From contig JASGHG010000001.1 in NCBI GenBank assembly GCA_047602425.1, forward strand, positions 2,400,001 through 2,464,000: a stretch of 64,000 nt of DNA. Reading direction: 5' to 3'. The notes beneath the pieces are model-generated. The model ran no database searches, had not been told where the DNA came from, and saw nothing but the letters and a program-made list of their open reading frames with translations. The translations under genes and the position numbers were made by a program. Source of the DNA: Nibricoccus sp. GTDB lineage: Bacteria; Verrucomicrobiota; Verrucomicrobiia; Opitutales; Opitutaceae. Positions 35,888-46,515 of the stretch are shown one piece after another (position 1 is the stretch's first letter; every line of letters starts with the position of its first letter).

Positions 35888-36614
35888 TCAGAAAACAGCG
35901 AAGCGTTCCGGCACGATCACGATGTCAGACGGTTTCAGGAAAAAGGGTTCTTTGGTGGAACCATCCATCATGGCCTTCACATTCACGGTGAAGTTTTCGG
36001 TTCGGCCATTTTCATCCTTTCGGATGACCGTGACGGATTTCAGATTTGCCTTCGCGAAATCGGGGCCGCCCGCTTCCATGATGGCTTCCAGCAAGGTGAG
36101 AGCGTGATCGGTGGTGATTTTACCTGGATGGAGCACGGCGCCGGATACGAAGGTCGAAAAATTCGCAGTCACCACCGTGACAATGATTTCCTTGGTGACG
36201 AGCTGTGGGGCGTAGAGACGGATCAACTCAGCTTGAAGATCGCTAGGGGTGAATCCCGCGGCTCTGCACTTCGCCAATGAGCGCGAGAGAGATCTTGCCG
36301 TCGCGACGAATGGTTTGCACGGCGTCCAAGTTTGGCGCGCTCGGGAAGGAAATTTTCACAACGTCACCTTCGCGCAAGGTCAGGGCCTCGGCTTTCGACG
36401 TGGCGACAGGTGCCGGTTTTGATTCACGGACGGGAGCGGCAACAGGTGCGGGCGCCGAATCTCCCCGACGGAAGATTCCACAGCCAGTGTTCAAGGCCAG
36501 CAGCAGGATCGTGGTTATTGCAACTGTGCAACTAAAAGGACGGCGGGACTGCTCGCGATGGAGAAAGGTTGTTGAGCCGGACATAGGAGAGGAAGTTTTG
36601 AAAAGGGTGGTCAT
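35888..36614 (-). pseudogene. Polysaccharide export lipoprotein (Wza/SLBB-like), apparently frameshifted
   Basis: 5' ORF ends ..IRRDGKISLALIGEVQ; continuation AAGFTPSDLQ..VSGAVLHPG..L.PSDIVIVPE is in another frame (shift near 36263). Confidence 0.75.
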
Positions 36615-37233
36615 GAGAGGACGCCGGAATGGTTCAGGATTTGGCGCAGGGAAGGTTATAAGGCGAGTTTAAAGGGGAGAGATATTTTGTGAATATCATT
36701 GTTAACCAATGAATGGCAACCGGCTGACAATGTTTTCTGTCTGCAGACTGTGGATATTTGCAGGTTAACCTGAACCGCGTCGCGGGATTTTCACACAAAT
36801 TTATTTTTCCAGACAGGAACGGATGGACCGGTCACGGGTCCGATGCCAGCGCCCTATCCCTTTTCTTGATTTATTTCCGCCCGCTGGTTCGTGTCAGAAG
36901 CTATAACTAGTAAACAGATACAATGGCTGGTTTTTGCAAAACATTTACAACCGTCATCAAGATGCAAATCGTTGGTGATTTCGCGTGGCTGGGGCGTAAG
37001 AAAAGCGTCAATCACGAGAGCATTTTCGAAGGTAAATTCGGAGAGGAAACGGTGCTCTGAATGCAGATGGTTTGTAACAGAATCACGAAACCTTCTGTTC
37101 GCACCAAACGGGGCTTGTGGACGGGTGGAGTTGTGGCGTTATCACACCCATTCACTAACAGGAATTCGCATCATCCGCTTCATCTCCCCTGACCATTTCG
37201 CCGCAAAAATCGACAACGAATAACGCCCTCCAA

Positions 37234-39666
37234 ATGAAGATTTTTCCCGCGCGCTTTTTTTCCAGTGTTCTTCTGCTGATCTCGTCACTCGCTCTTTGCG
37301 GCCCGGCTCACGCCGATACCATGACGGCGGCGGTCGGACAGAAAGTATCGATCGAGGTCACGGCGAATGGTTCTCAACCTTTCACTTACCAATGGTATAA
37401 AAATGGCACGGTCATTCCGAATGCCACTTCGTCGACCTACGTGATCAATGCGGTGGCGATGAGCGACGACGCCACCTACACGGCCACGGTAACCAATTCG
37501 ATGGATACCACCACGTCCGACGCCGCTGTGCTCACGGTGATTGCGGCTCTGACTCCGCCGACGATTTCGACTCAACCCGTTTCGCAAACCGTGACAGCCG
37601 GAACCGCCGTTACCGTCTCTGTGACCGCCTCCGGCACCGGCACGCTCAAATACCAATGGACGAAAGGCGGCGTGAACATTGCCGGAGCCACTTCTTCCAG
37701 TTACACGATCTCGAATCCGGCAACGACCGACTCCGGCTCCTACGCCGTCATGGTTACGAACACGGTGGGAACTGCTTCGTCGACGCCCGTCACCTCCAAT
37801 GCCGCAACGTTGACCGTCAACGCTCCGATTTTGCCAACCACGATCACTTCGCAACCCACCGCTTTGACAGTGACCACTGGTCAATCGGCCTCGTTTAGCG
37901 TGACTGCGACCGGTTCCGGAACGTTGACCTACCAATGGCGCAAAGGCGGCACCAACATTTCAGGCGCGACTTCCTCTTCCTACACGATCTCTGGAGCAAC
38001 AACCAATGACGCTGGCAGCTACTCGGTGGTCGTCACGGGCACGGGCGGCTCGGTCACTTCAAATTCTGTTACGCTCACCGTCAACGCACCGACGGTCATT
38101 ACTCAACAACCCACCGCTCTCGCCGTGATCTCTGGCCAGTCCGCGACATTGAGCGTCGCCGCAACGGGAACTTCGCTTACTTACCAATGGCGCAAAGGTG
38201 GCACGAATATTTCCGGTGCAACCTCTGCGAGCTATACCATTGCCACCACCACAAGCGCCGATGCTGGAAGTTACTCAGTCGTCGTTACGGGTACGGGCGG
38301 CTCTGTGACATCCAACGCTGTCGCGTTGACCGTAAATCCCGCTCCGATTCCCGGAGCTCCGGATGGTTACGCCACGTTGGTTACCGGCGGTGCCGCGGGC
38401 ACTGCTATTACAGTCACCACGGCGGCGGAACTGCGCACTTACGCGGAATCAGCCCCAGCCTATGTCATCACTGTTTCCGGCACCATCAATCTCAGCGGTT
38501 CGGTTGCAGTGAAATCGAACAAAACCATCCAAGGCGCGAACGCGTCCTCCACGATTGTCGGTCAGCTCGATCTCGGCAGCGGCGTGAACAACGTCATCAT
38601 CCGCGGCCTTAACGTCACAAATACCACCGGCAACGGAATCACCCTCCGCAATGCCAGCAGCGTTTTCATCACGCACTGTTCGGTCTACGATTGCGGCGGC
38701 AACTTGATCGAAATCAGCAATGGCTCGGATTACGTCACCGTTTCCTGGTCGGAATTTTATTACAGCAGCACCTCCTTCACCAATCGCAAAGCTCTCTTTG
38801 TCGGTGTCGCTGGTTCGGAAACCAAAGCCCTCCACGTGACATTGCACCACAACTGGTGGTCCGATCTTTGCGATCAGAGCATGCCGAACGGCACGTGGGG
38901 CTACGTGCATCTTTACAGCAATTGCTTTGGCGCCACCGTGGTCGCCAACGCCTTCAACAACACCAGCGGCACCGTCGCCAGCGATAACGCCCAATTCCTC
39001 GTCGAGCGCAACAACTACAACCGGGTCAAGGATCCATTGTACAAGGAGAACCTCGACACGACGAAAGCCATGGGCCGCATCCGCGCGATGGCTAACACCT
39101 TTACCAATTGCACGGGCAAAGCGGTTGATGCGGGCACCGATTCCGTTTTCACGCCGATTTATTCCTACGAAATGTATCATCAAGACGACGTCGATGCGGC
39201 CTTGCCCTCGCTCGTTGGCAACACGGGTGGCGCGAGTTCCACCACTCCTACGTCGTCGACCGCCAGCGTGAGCGACCCCAGCAGTGCGGTCTCTCCCGGC
39301 GCTTCATTCACTTTGACCGCCCTTCCGACCGGCTTCACCGCGACTTCTTATCAGTGGCGCAGAAACAACGTCGATATTTCCGGTGCAACTTCTGCCTCAT
39401 ACAGCGTTGGCTCGATGCAAAGCGCGAACGCCGGCACCTATACCGTGATGCTTGGACTTTCTTCTGGCAGTTATGTCGTCAGTTCGCCCCTTGATGTGCT
39501 TCTCGGCACGGACACAGGTAACGACGGCGGCTCGTCCAGTGGTGGTGCAAAACCCGCAGCCGCTGCTGCAGGTGGTGGCGGCGGCGGTGCTCCTGGCATT
39601 GCCTATCTAGCGGCGCTCTTGGCTCTCGGTTTCTTGCGAGCCATTTCTCGCCGCCGAATCGCCTGA
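37234..39666 (+). CDS. Secreted Ig-repeat pectate lyase (PL1-like) with Gly-rich C-terminal sorting signal
   Basis: Signal peptide; repeated QP..YQW.K.G..I.GAT...D.G.Y; GYATLVTGG, SNKTI.G, VTLHHNW; GGGGGA+TM+RRR tail. Confidence 0.85.
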   Translation: MKIFPARFFSSVLLLISSLALCGPAHADTMTAAVGQKVSIEVTANGSQPFTYQWYKNGTVIPNATSSTYVINAVAMSDDATYTATVTNSMDTTTSDAAVLTVIAALTPPTISTQPVSQTVTAGTAVTVSVTASGTGTLKYQWTKGGVNIAGATSSSYTISNPATTDSGSYAVMVTNTVGTASSTPVTSNAATLTVNAPILPTTITSQPTALTVTTGQSASFSVTATGSGTLTYQWRKGGTNISGATSSSYTISGATTNDAGSYSVVVTGTGGSVTSNSVTLTVNAPTVITQQPTALAVISGQSATLSVAATGTSLTYQWRKGGTNISGATSASYTIATTTSADAGSYSVVVTGTGGSVTSNAVALTVNPAPIPGAPDGYATLVTGGAAGTAITVTTAAELRTYAESAPAYVITVSGTINLSGSVAVKSNKTIQGANASSTIVGQLDLGSGVNNVIIRGLNVTNTTGNGITLRNASSVFITHCSVYDCGGNLIEISNGSDYVTVSWSEFYYSSTSFTNRKALFVGVAGSETKALHVTLHHNWWSDLCDQSMPNGTWGYVHLYSNCFGATVVANAFNNTSGTVASDNAQFLVERNNYNRVKDPLYKENLDTTKAMGRIRAMANTFTNCTGKAVDAGTDSVFTPIYSYEMYHQDDVDAALPSLVGNTGGASSTTPTSSTASVSDPSSAVSPGASFTLTALPTGFTATSYQWRRNNVDISGATSASYSVGSMQSANAGTYTVMLGLSSGSYVVSSPLDVLLGTDTGNDGGSSSGGAKPAAAAAGGGGGGAPGIAYLAALLALGFLRAISRRRIA

Positions 39667-39844
39667 TATCGTCAAGGCCCTTCTGGGCACGCGTGAAGGA
39701 ATCGGTGCCTGTGCCTCTTTGCAGGCATCGCCAGCTCCGCGCATGAGGAACACTCAATCGCCGTTTTCCAGATTCAAATGGGGGACTAGAGCACACACAA
39801 TAAAACTGTAGCCGTAAATCGGTGTTACAAACCGAGCTGTCCTC

Positions 39845-39915
39845 GTAGGGGCGCAGTCTTGCTGCGTCCTTTCTGAGGCGAAGCCAAACCGGGCGCAGCA
39901 AGACTGCGCCCCTAC
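39845..39915. repeat. REP/REPIN-like inverted pair
   Basis: GTAGGGGCGCAGTCTTGCTGCGTCC ... GGGCGCAGCAAGACTGCGCCCCTAC. Confidence 0.8.
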
Positions 39916-40597
39916 AGCCGGAGTTGTGCGGCTATGACATTTTTAAAAATGCTCTAAAGCTGAAGCCAAAATCGATGCCTACATTGGCCGCTCGGCTTCG
40001 ATTAATCGGGATTCTTCAATCGGTCGAAACAGGTCGCCAAAAATGGACTGCCCTTCGCTACGACTGGTCCAGACGAAATTTTATTTGTAGCATTTCAATT
40101 AATTGGATCTGCGTTCCCGCGTTTTGAATAGAAGCGAGTTGTAAGAGCGTGATCTTGCTGAAGCCGTACTCAACAGCCCCAATTCGGGTGCACCGGATTA
40201 CATGTCGGCCACAAATGCGCCACAATTTTGCCGTATTTGACCTAACCTACTCAAAGACAGTTTCTAATGGAATTTTATTCATTTTAAGGTGAAGAAGCTG
40301 TTGCAAGTCATTTGATAAATAATCCAACAGTGACTTTTTTAGTACGGCCTCTCATTGCAAGTTACTGTCTTAAAGTACGATGCCAATGAATTGCGCAAAT
40401 TGTGTGCAAAAACTGCTACAAATTGCGTCGGAATAGCTTACAAAGCGATTTTCAAGCTAGCATCGAAGACTAGGAAAATATATCGCAGAAGGTGCTTTAA
40501 ATAAGGATCATATAAAACGTAAATTGCCGGAATTCTTGCGTGGCATGCAGTTGGCTATATCGGCGGAGCAGATCCTTTAGCGTCCACCTTCAAATCC

Positions 40598-41296
40598 ATG
40601 AAATCTTCCCTTAAAACGTTTACCCTTTTTATCGCCCTTGCGGGCCTGGCCACGGGCGCACGAGCGGATTCGCTCAAGCTCTTCCAAGACACCACGAATT
40701 ATTCGGTAGGTATTGGCGGCGCGTTTATCGCGCAGGTCGTCAATGGTCCGATCAGCAATGCCGACTACAGCGGCGCGGCTAAAATCGGCTCGAACAGCTT
40801 TCTCACTTTCTGCATTGAGCACAACGAAACGTTCAATCCTGGCAGCAGCTACACCTACAACTACGTTTTGAATAACGGTGCGGTCAACGGCGGAGCGGGC
40901 GGTCAGACTGCCCCGAATTACGACGGAGTTTCCAATGCGACCGCATTTCTATATTCGCAGTTCGCCCAAGGGTTGCTGACGGGTGCCGCGGGTTTTGCCT
41001 ACAACACAGGCGCGACGGGTTACGGTTTTCTGCAAAACGCCATTTGGCATCTCGAAGGCGAGGGCATTGCCGAAAACGCGCTGGCTGCTTGGGCGAAAAC
41101 CCAAGTCGGCGCCAATTGGAACGCCGACAGCAATGGGTCCTACGGTGTGCAGGCGCTCAATCTCACTTACGCTTCTGGCGCTCGCGCCCAAGATCAGCTC
41201 TACTACCACAACGTTCCTGAACAGGGTTTGACGATCGCGCTGCTCGGTCTCGCCCTCATGGGCGTGGCTGGTTTCCGTCGCCTGTTTGCAAAATAA
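40598..41296 (+). CDS. PEP-CTERM/VPDSG-type exosorted protein
   Basis: Signal peptide; TFCIE; C-terminal VPEQG + TM + RR. Confidence 0.85.
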   Translation: MKSSLKTFTLFIALAGLATGARADSLKLFQDTTNYSVGIGGAFIAQVVNGPISNADYSGAAKIGSNSFLTFCIEHNETFNPGSSYTYNYVLNNGAVNGGAGGQTAPNYDGVSNATAFLYSQFAQGLLTGAAGFAYNTGATGYGFLQNAIWHLEGEGIAENALAAWAKTQVGANWNADSNGSYGVQALNLTYASGARAQDQLYYHNVPEQGLTIALLGLALMGVAGFRRLFAK

Positions 41297-41318
41297 TTTT
41301 TCAACCCGTTTCACCCCG

Positions 41319-41348
41319 AGCGCCCGGAATTCCGGGCGCTTTTTTTTT
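41319..41348 (+). terminator. Intrinsic terminator
   Basis: AGCGCCCGG-AATT-CCGGGCGCT plus T run. Confidence 0.8.
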
Positions 41349-41427
41349 GGCGGTGACGAGCAGTTAAAAAAAGCGCGGCTCAAAAGAAGCCGCGCTTGGA
41401 AAAGCCAATGAGTTAATTCTAGCGAGA

Positions 41428-42933
41428 TCAGGAGATCTCGATTTGTGGACGATCTTTTTCCGGCCAGTCGACGTGGAAGAACTTGCCGCGGGGCTTGTCG
41501 ACGCGTTCGTAGGTGTGGGCGCCGAAGTAGTCACGCTGGCCTTGAAGCAGATTGGCCGGCAGACGAGCCGAGCGGTAGCTGTCGTAGTAGGCGAGAGCCG
41601 AGCTGAAGGTCGGAGCAGGCACGCCACACTCGGCGGCGAGAGCAACGACTTTGCGCCAGTTTTCTTGGGCCTTCTTGACGGTTTTGTTGAAGTACGCGTC
41701 GAGCAGGAGATTTGCGAGGTCAGGCTTGCGGGCAAAGGCCTCGGTGATCTTCTGCAGGAACACGGCGCGGATGATACAGCCGCCGCGCCAAATCTGAGCG
41801 ATCTCACCGAAGTTGAGCTTCCACTTGTACTCTTTCTGGGCTTCGCGCATGAGCTGGAAACCTTGGGCGTACGAGCAGATTTTCGAGCAGTACAACGCGT
41901 CGTGAATGGCGTCGATCAGGGCTTTCTTGGAGCCTTTGTATTTTTTCTTCGGGCCTTTGAGGATCTTGGAAGCGGCGACGCGTTCTTCTTTCACTGCGGA
42001 GATGCAGCGGGCGAAAACGGATTCGGCGATCGTCGGGGCGGGCACGCCCATGTCGAGCGCGTTGACGGAGGTCCATTTGCCGGTGCCTTTTTGGCCGGCG
42101 GTGTCGAGGACGATGTCAACGAAGGCTTTTTTCGAGGCGGGATCTTTTTGTTTCAGGATGTCGGCGGTGATTTCGACGAGGAAACTGCCAAGCATGCCCT
42201 GATTCCATTCCGAGAAAACGGCGCCCATTTCGGCGGCTTTCATGCCGAGCAGGCCCTGCATTAAAGCGTAGGCTTCACAGATCATCTGCATGTCGCCGTA
42301 TTCAATGCCGTTGTGGACCATCTTGACGTAGTGGCCGGCACCGTTTTCGCCGATGTACGTGGCGCAGGGAACGCCGCCTTCAATGGGTTTGCCAGGAGCG
42401 GCGCCTTCCAGCGGGCGGCCGGTCTTGGCATCGACCTTTGCGGCGATGGCGTTCCAGACGGGAGCGAGTTCTTTATACGCGGCGGGATCGCCACCGGGCA
42501 TGAGGGCGGGGCCGAAGCGGGCGCCTTCTTCACCGCCGGAGACGCCGGAGCCGATGAAGCGCAGGCCTTTTTCGCGGAGATTTTTCTCGCGACGAATGGT
42601 GTCGGTCCAGAGGGCGTTGCCGCCGTCGATCACGATATCGTTTTGCTCAAGAAGGGGGATGAGACTGTCGATGACGGCGTCGGTACCTTTGCCGGCTTGG
42701 ACGAGGATGACGATCTTGCGGGGCTTGGCGAGGGATTGGACGAATTCCTCAAGCGTCTTTGCGCCAACGAGGCCGCCGGGCGTATTGGGATTCTCGGCGA
42801 CGAATTTTTCCGTCTTTTCCGTGGTTCGGTTGTAGACCGAGATTTGGAAGCCGTGGTCGGCTATGTTGAGAGCGAGGTTCTGACCCATCACGGCCAGACC
42901 GATGAGTCCGATGTCAGATTGTGCTTTGGGCAT
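41428..42933 (-). CDS. gnd: 6-phosphogluconate dehydrogenase (NADP, decarboxylating)
   Basis: [42 protein letters not shown]. Confidence 0.97.
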   Translation of the reverse strand: MPKAQSDIGLIGLAVMGQNLALNIADHGFQISVYNRTTEKTEKFVAENPNTPGGLVGAKTLEEFVQSLAKPRKIVILVQAGKGTDAVIDSLIPLLEQNDIVIDGGNALWTDTIRREKNLREKGLRFIGSGVSGGEEGARFGPALMPGGDPAAYKELAPVWNAIAAKVDAKTGRPLEGAAPGKPIEGGVPCATYIGENGAGHYVKMVHNGIEYGDMQMICEAYALMQGLLGMKAAEMGAVFSEWNQGMLGSFLVEITADILKQKDPASKKAFVDIVLDTAGQKGTGKWTSVNALDMGVPAPTIAESVFARCISAVKEERVAASKILKGPKKKYKGSKKALIDAIHDALYCSKICSYAQGFQLMREAQKEYKWKLNFGEIAQIWRGGCIIRAVFLQKITEAFARKPDLANLLLDAYFNKTVKKAQENWRKVVALAAECGVPAPTFSSALAYYDSYRSARLPANLLQGQRDYFGAHTYERVDKPRGKFFHVDWPEKDRPQIEIS

Positions 42934-43029
42934 AGGGATGTGGAGCCCGACAGCTAGCCAGAAAGGGCGGCTGAAAACCACCCCAAAAATTAATGACACC
43001 GATAAGTTGGCGCAGGGGTGCCTGCGTTA

Positions 43030-43413
43030 CTATTTAGCCGGCTGCGTTGTAGTCGGTGCGGACTTGGACGGCGCCGGGTTTTTCCGTACGCCCGGCTTGG
43101 TCGCGTCCTGCTGCTGCTTGTCGTCGTACGATCCTTTGGTGGGAAACCATTGGGCGAGGATATCGACGAGGGGTGTGAGGGCTTTGGGCTCGTTGCGGTT
43201 ATAGATCCAGTTGAAGCCAATCACGCCAAAAACGACCGCCAGCACAATCACTAGAATGATCTTGTTCATCCCCGCCACTTTCCTGAACAGGAAGATGAGA
43301 AGCGACAGGATCACTATGCCCAAGATGACCTTAATCCAGAACTGCCCGGAGACGTTCTGTAATTTTTCGAGAGGGGTGACTCTTTCGGCGGCAGCAGCCA
43401 GGAGCAGTAACAT
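43030..43413 (-). CDS. Small membrane protein
   Basis: Two hydrophobic segments, 127 aa. Confidence 0.65.
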   Translation of the reverse strand: MLLLLAAAAERVTPLEKLQNVSGQFWIKVILGIVILSLLIFLFRKVAGMNKIILVIVLAVVFGVIGFNWIYNRNEPKALTPLVDILAQWFPTKGSYDDKQQQDATKPGVRKNPAPSKSAPTTTQPAK

Positions 43414-43569
43414 ACGGCATGAAAGATATCCCAGTGGCCGGCTCTGACCAGTTAAATTGTTTCGCCGGCCGGCCTTTAGCTTCTTTTTGGCAAAGCGGCG
43501 CTTGCGTGGCCCGGGATGTGTTTATGTTTGGCTCAGCACGTGTTAAACTGCCAGATTTCCGCCAACGCC

Positions 43570-44655
43570 ATGGAAGAAGCCGAATATTCGCGTCGTACCC
43601 GCCAGAAAAAGCCCAGCTTTTCCATTAGCGAGACTTTGAGGGCATACTTGCGGCGTTACCGACGAGAGCGCGAGCTGCCCGTACCTTACGAGCGTCTGCG
43701 CCGCTTCACGGAGACGGCTCCGCTGTACGATGAAAACGGCAAGCCGACACTTTGGGAAACCGTCGTTTATGACCGGCTGGAAATGGAATCCCTGCAGGAG
43801 GATCTGAAGCGGATCTATGCGTTGTTGCGTGTCGACGGCGATCTCTCGGTGATGCAGCACCTTTATGTCGACCGGATCGATTACTGCGCGTTCGGCAATT
43901 CCGCGCCATTTCGTATCCGGATTGTGAATGCGTACAACGACAACCCGGATTACTTTTACATCAAGCGAGGCGACGCTTCCCGTGTTTATGGGTTGGAATT
44001 GGAGCACCTGCTGTCGCCAAATCGAATGCATTATCTCACCTACGGCGACACCTTGGTCGAGGAGCACGTGGCCGGCATCCCCGGGGATGTCTTTATCAGC
44101 CGCTGGCTGCACAGCGAAGAACTAAAACCAATCCGCGTAGCCAAAGAATTGGTGAAATTCAACGAACGCTGCTTTGTGCGCCTGCTGGGCGATATGCGCA
44201 GTTACAATTTTGTCGTTGTGATCACTCCCGACTTCGAGGGCGCGCAAATCCGCATCCGTGCGATGGATTTTGACCAGCAGACCTACGAGGGTCGCATGAA
44301 TCTCTACAAACCGCAGTTTTTCCGGGAGAACAAGCCGCTCGCACTTTTCTGCGTGCAACATCTTCGGGTGGAAACTGCGCGCCAATATCAGCGTGAGGAA
44401 CAAGTCTTGATGCTTCAACGTAGAGCAATCATTGGCGAACGGTTCGATATGATGCTCGATGCAATGTCGCGTGACGAACTCGCGCCGATGGAAAATGTAA
44501 TCGAGCTGCGCGAAGGCCTGGCGGCTCACTACGGACGGACGGCCTATCTTCGATGCAATTCCATGGGTGAACTGGTTCGGGAGAACATGGAGAGCATTCG
44601 CCTGGCGGTCGATGCACCGCAAAAAGCCGCGACCCGGCCCGAGGAATACGAATAA
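43570..44655 (+). CDS. Conserved hypothetical protein
   Basis: Long ORF; DASRVYGLELEHLLSPN, LLGDMRSYN, DFDQQ (kinase-like motifs possible). Confidence 0.75.
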   Translation: MEEAEYSRRTRQKKPSFSISETLRAYLRRYRRERELPVPYERLRRFTETAPLYDENGKPTLWETVVYDRLEMESLQEDLKRIYALLRVDGDLSVMQHLYVDRIDYCAFGNSAPFRIRIVNAYNDNPDYFYIKRGDASRVYGLELEHLLSPNRMHYLTYGDTLVEEHVAGIPGDVFISRWLHSEELKPIRVAKELVKFNERCFVRLLGDMRSYNFVVVITPDFEGAQIRIRAMDFDQQTYEGRMNLYKPQFFRENKPLALFCVQHLRVETARQYQREEQVLMLQRRAIIGERFDMMLDAMSRDELAPMENVIELREGLAAHYGRTAYLRCNSMGELVRENMESIRLAVDAPQKAATRPEEYE

Positions 44656-44673
44656 GCGGAAAGATGCCGGAAA

Positions 44674-46254
44674 TCAGAGGTCGGGAGTCGGCATCGGTAT
44701 TCCAACACCCGCGTGCCGGCCTTGGCGGCGGGCCGTGCTGAGTTCACCGCCATTGTTGTTTATGCGGGTCGAAACAGGTTCTCCCGGCAAATATTTTCGT
44801 AAAAATGGCGGCATTTCACCACGACCGCCGCGTTGGAAATCTCGCCAGAGAGCTGCGGCGACGAGACCGGAGTTTTGGCGAAGCTCAATTGTTAGGAAAT
44901 CGAAAAGGAGCTCCATCAACGTCACGAGTGCGATGGCATGATGGCGGCCTTCACGTTCGAAAAGCCAGTCACTCAGACGCAAAAAGGAGAAAAACGGCGA
45001 CGGAATTTTGCCGGTTTCAGCTGCTCCCCACACGAGTGGCGTGGTCTCGACGAAATTGCCGCTATTCCCGATCAAGTCCCAATAACGCGCAAACCGGCGC
45101 AGGCGCTGCATCGTCGGAAAATCGATCAATTTATTACGCAAAATTTCGTAGGTGGGCAGCGGCGAGTAGGCCATGTCCCACGTTTGGTCGTGCCGTGAAA
45201 TCGGTGTGCCGCGCAGGCGTTTGAGAATGCCGACCTGTATTTCGTGCGGGTGCAAGGCGACGAGGCGATCAAAGCCGGCGGCAAAACTTTCCAACGTCTC
45301 GCCCGGCAGTCCGGCGATGAGATCCGCGTGGAGATGGACGGTGGTTTTGGCCCGGAGGTAGCGGAAATTGTCTTCGAGCTTTTCGTAGTTCTGCCGACGG
45401 CTGATCAGCGTGGCCACTTCGGGATTGAAAGTCTGCACGCCAACCTCGAGTTGCATAGAGCCGGCGGGAAAACGTGCCAGCAATTCGCGCAGTTCGGGCG
45501 GCAAGCGGTCGGGCACCATTTCGAAATGCAGAAAAATGCCGGGCCGCAGACGCGCGAGGAAAAATTCCAGAATTTGCCGGCTGACCGCGAGGTTCAAATT
45601 GAAGGTTCGGTCGACGAATTTAAAATGCTGCACGCCTCGCGTAAGCAGCCGATCAAGCGCGGTGAGGAACGCATCGAGAGGCGCTTGCCGAACCGGTATA
45701 TCGAGGGAAGACAGGCAGAACTCGCAGCTAAATGGGCAACCGCGCGAAGCCTCGACGTAAATCAGACGATGCGCAACATCGTCTTCACGGTATTCATCGT
45801 AGGGAAGCGTGAGTTTGGCGAAATCGGGCAGCGGCGCCGAAATGATTTTTCCCGCCGGTGGCGAACCCGCGAGAATTTGACGGCAAAGTTCGGCAAACGC
45901 CAGGTCGCCTTCACCCTTGATCGTATAATCGGCAAATTTGACGATGTCTTGTTGTTCGGTTTCATAACTGACCTCGGGGCCTCCGAGCATGACGATCACG
46001 TCGGGGCGGGTTTTTTTCAGCAATGCCACGAGTTCGGTGGTTGGTGTAGCGTTCCAGATATAGACGCCGAGTCCGACAATGCGCGGATTGTGTGACAGGA
46101 TTTTCTCGGCTATTTCCAACGGCCGCTGGTTGATAATGAATTCATCCAGCACCGCACGCGGACGCAGATCCCCCAAGTTGGCCAGCAAATAACGCAGGCC
46201 AAAGGAAGCGTGAATGTATTTCGCATTAAGCGTCGCAAGGACGATGTCAGGCAT
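44674..46254 (-). CDS. B12-binding radical SAM protein
   Basis: LGGPEVSY; EASRGCPFSCEFC. Confidence 0.9.
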   Translation of the reverse strand: MPDIVLATLNAKYIHASFGLRYLLANLGDLRPRAVLDEFIINQRPLEIAEKILSHNPRIVGLGVYIWNATPTTELVALLKKTRPDVIVMLGGPEVSYETEQQDIVKFADYTIKGEGDLAFAELCRQILAGSPPAGKIISAPLPDFAKLTLPYDEYREDDVAHRLIYVEASRGCPFSCEFCLSSLDIPVRQAPLDAFLTALDRLLTRGVQHFKFVDRTFNLNLAVSRQILEFFLARLRPGIFLHFEMVPDRLPPELRELLARFPAGSMQLEVGVQTFNPEVATLISRRQNYEKLEDNFRYLRAKTTVHLHADLIAGLPGETLESFAAGFDRLVALHPHEIQVGILKRLRGTPISRHDQTWDMAYSPLPTYEILRNKLIDFPTMQRLRRFARYWDLIGNSGNFVETTPLVWGAAETGKIPSPFFSFLRLSDWLFEREGRHHAIALVTLMELLFDFLTIELRQNSGLVAAALWRDFQRGGRGEMPPFLRKYLPGEPVSTRINNNGGELSTARRQGRHAGVGIPMPTPDL

Positions 46255-46515
46255 CGGGCTCCACGATCAAAGCATCGTGGAGAAATCTCAAACGCCAAAG
46301 CTGCAAATCCCAAAGGCTCTGCTACGCGGGGGCGGCTCCGCTTGGTTCCAAACAGACCAAAGACATGGGTGACAGGTGTTCGGAGACATAGGTAGCACTC
46401 GCGAGCCAATCGCCGAAGCTGTCATTGCCGGTGTTAGCGTTGTCACCCGCTGCCCGAAAAAAAGCGGATGCCGACGAAGCGGCATCCGCGATGTAATATT
46501 AGGACTGGATAATGG

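Noticed and set aside
37560..38340. DNA-level tandem repeats in the pectate lyase gene
   Set aside because: Explained by ordinary repeated Ig domains
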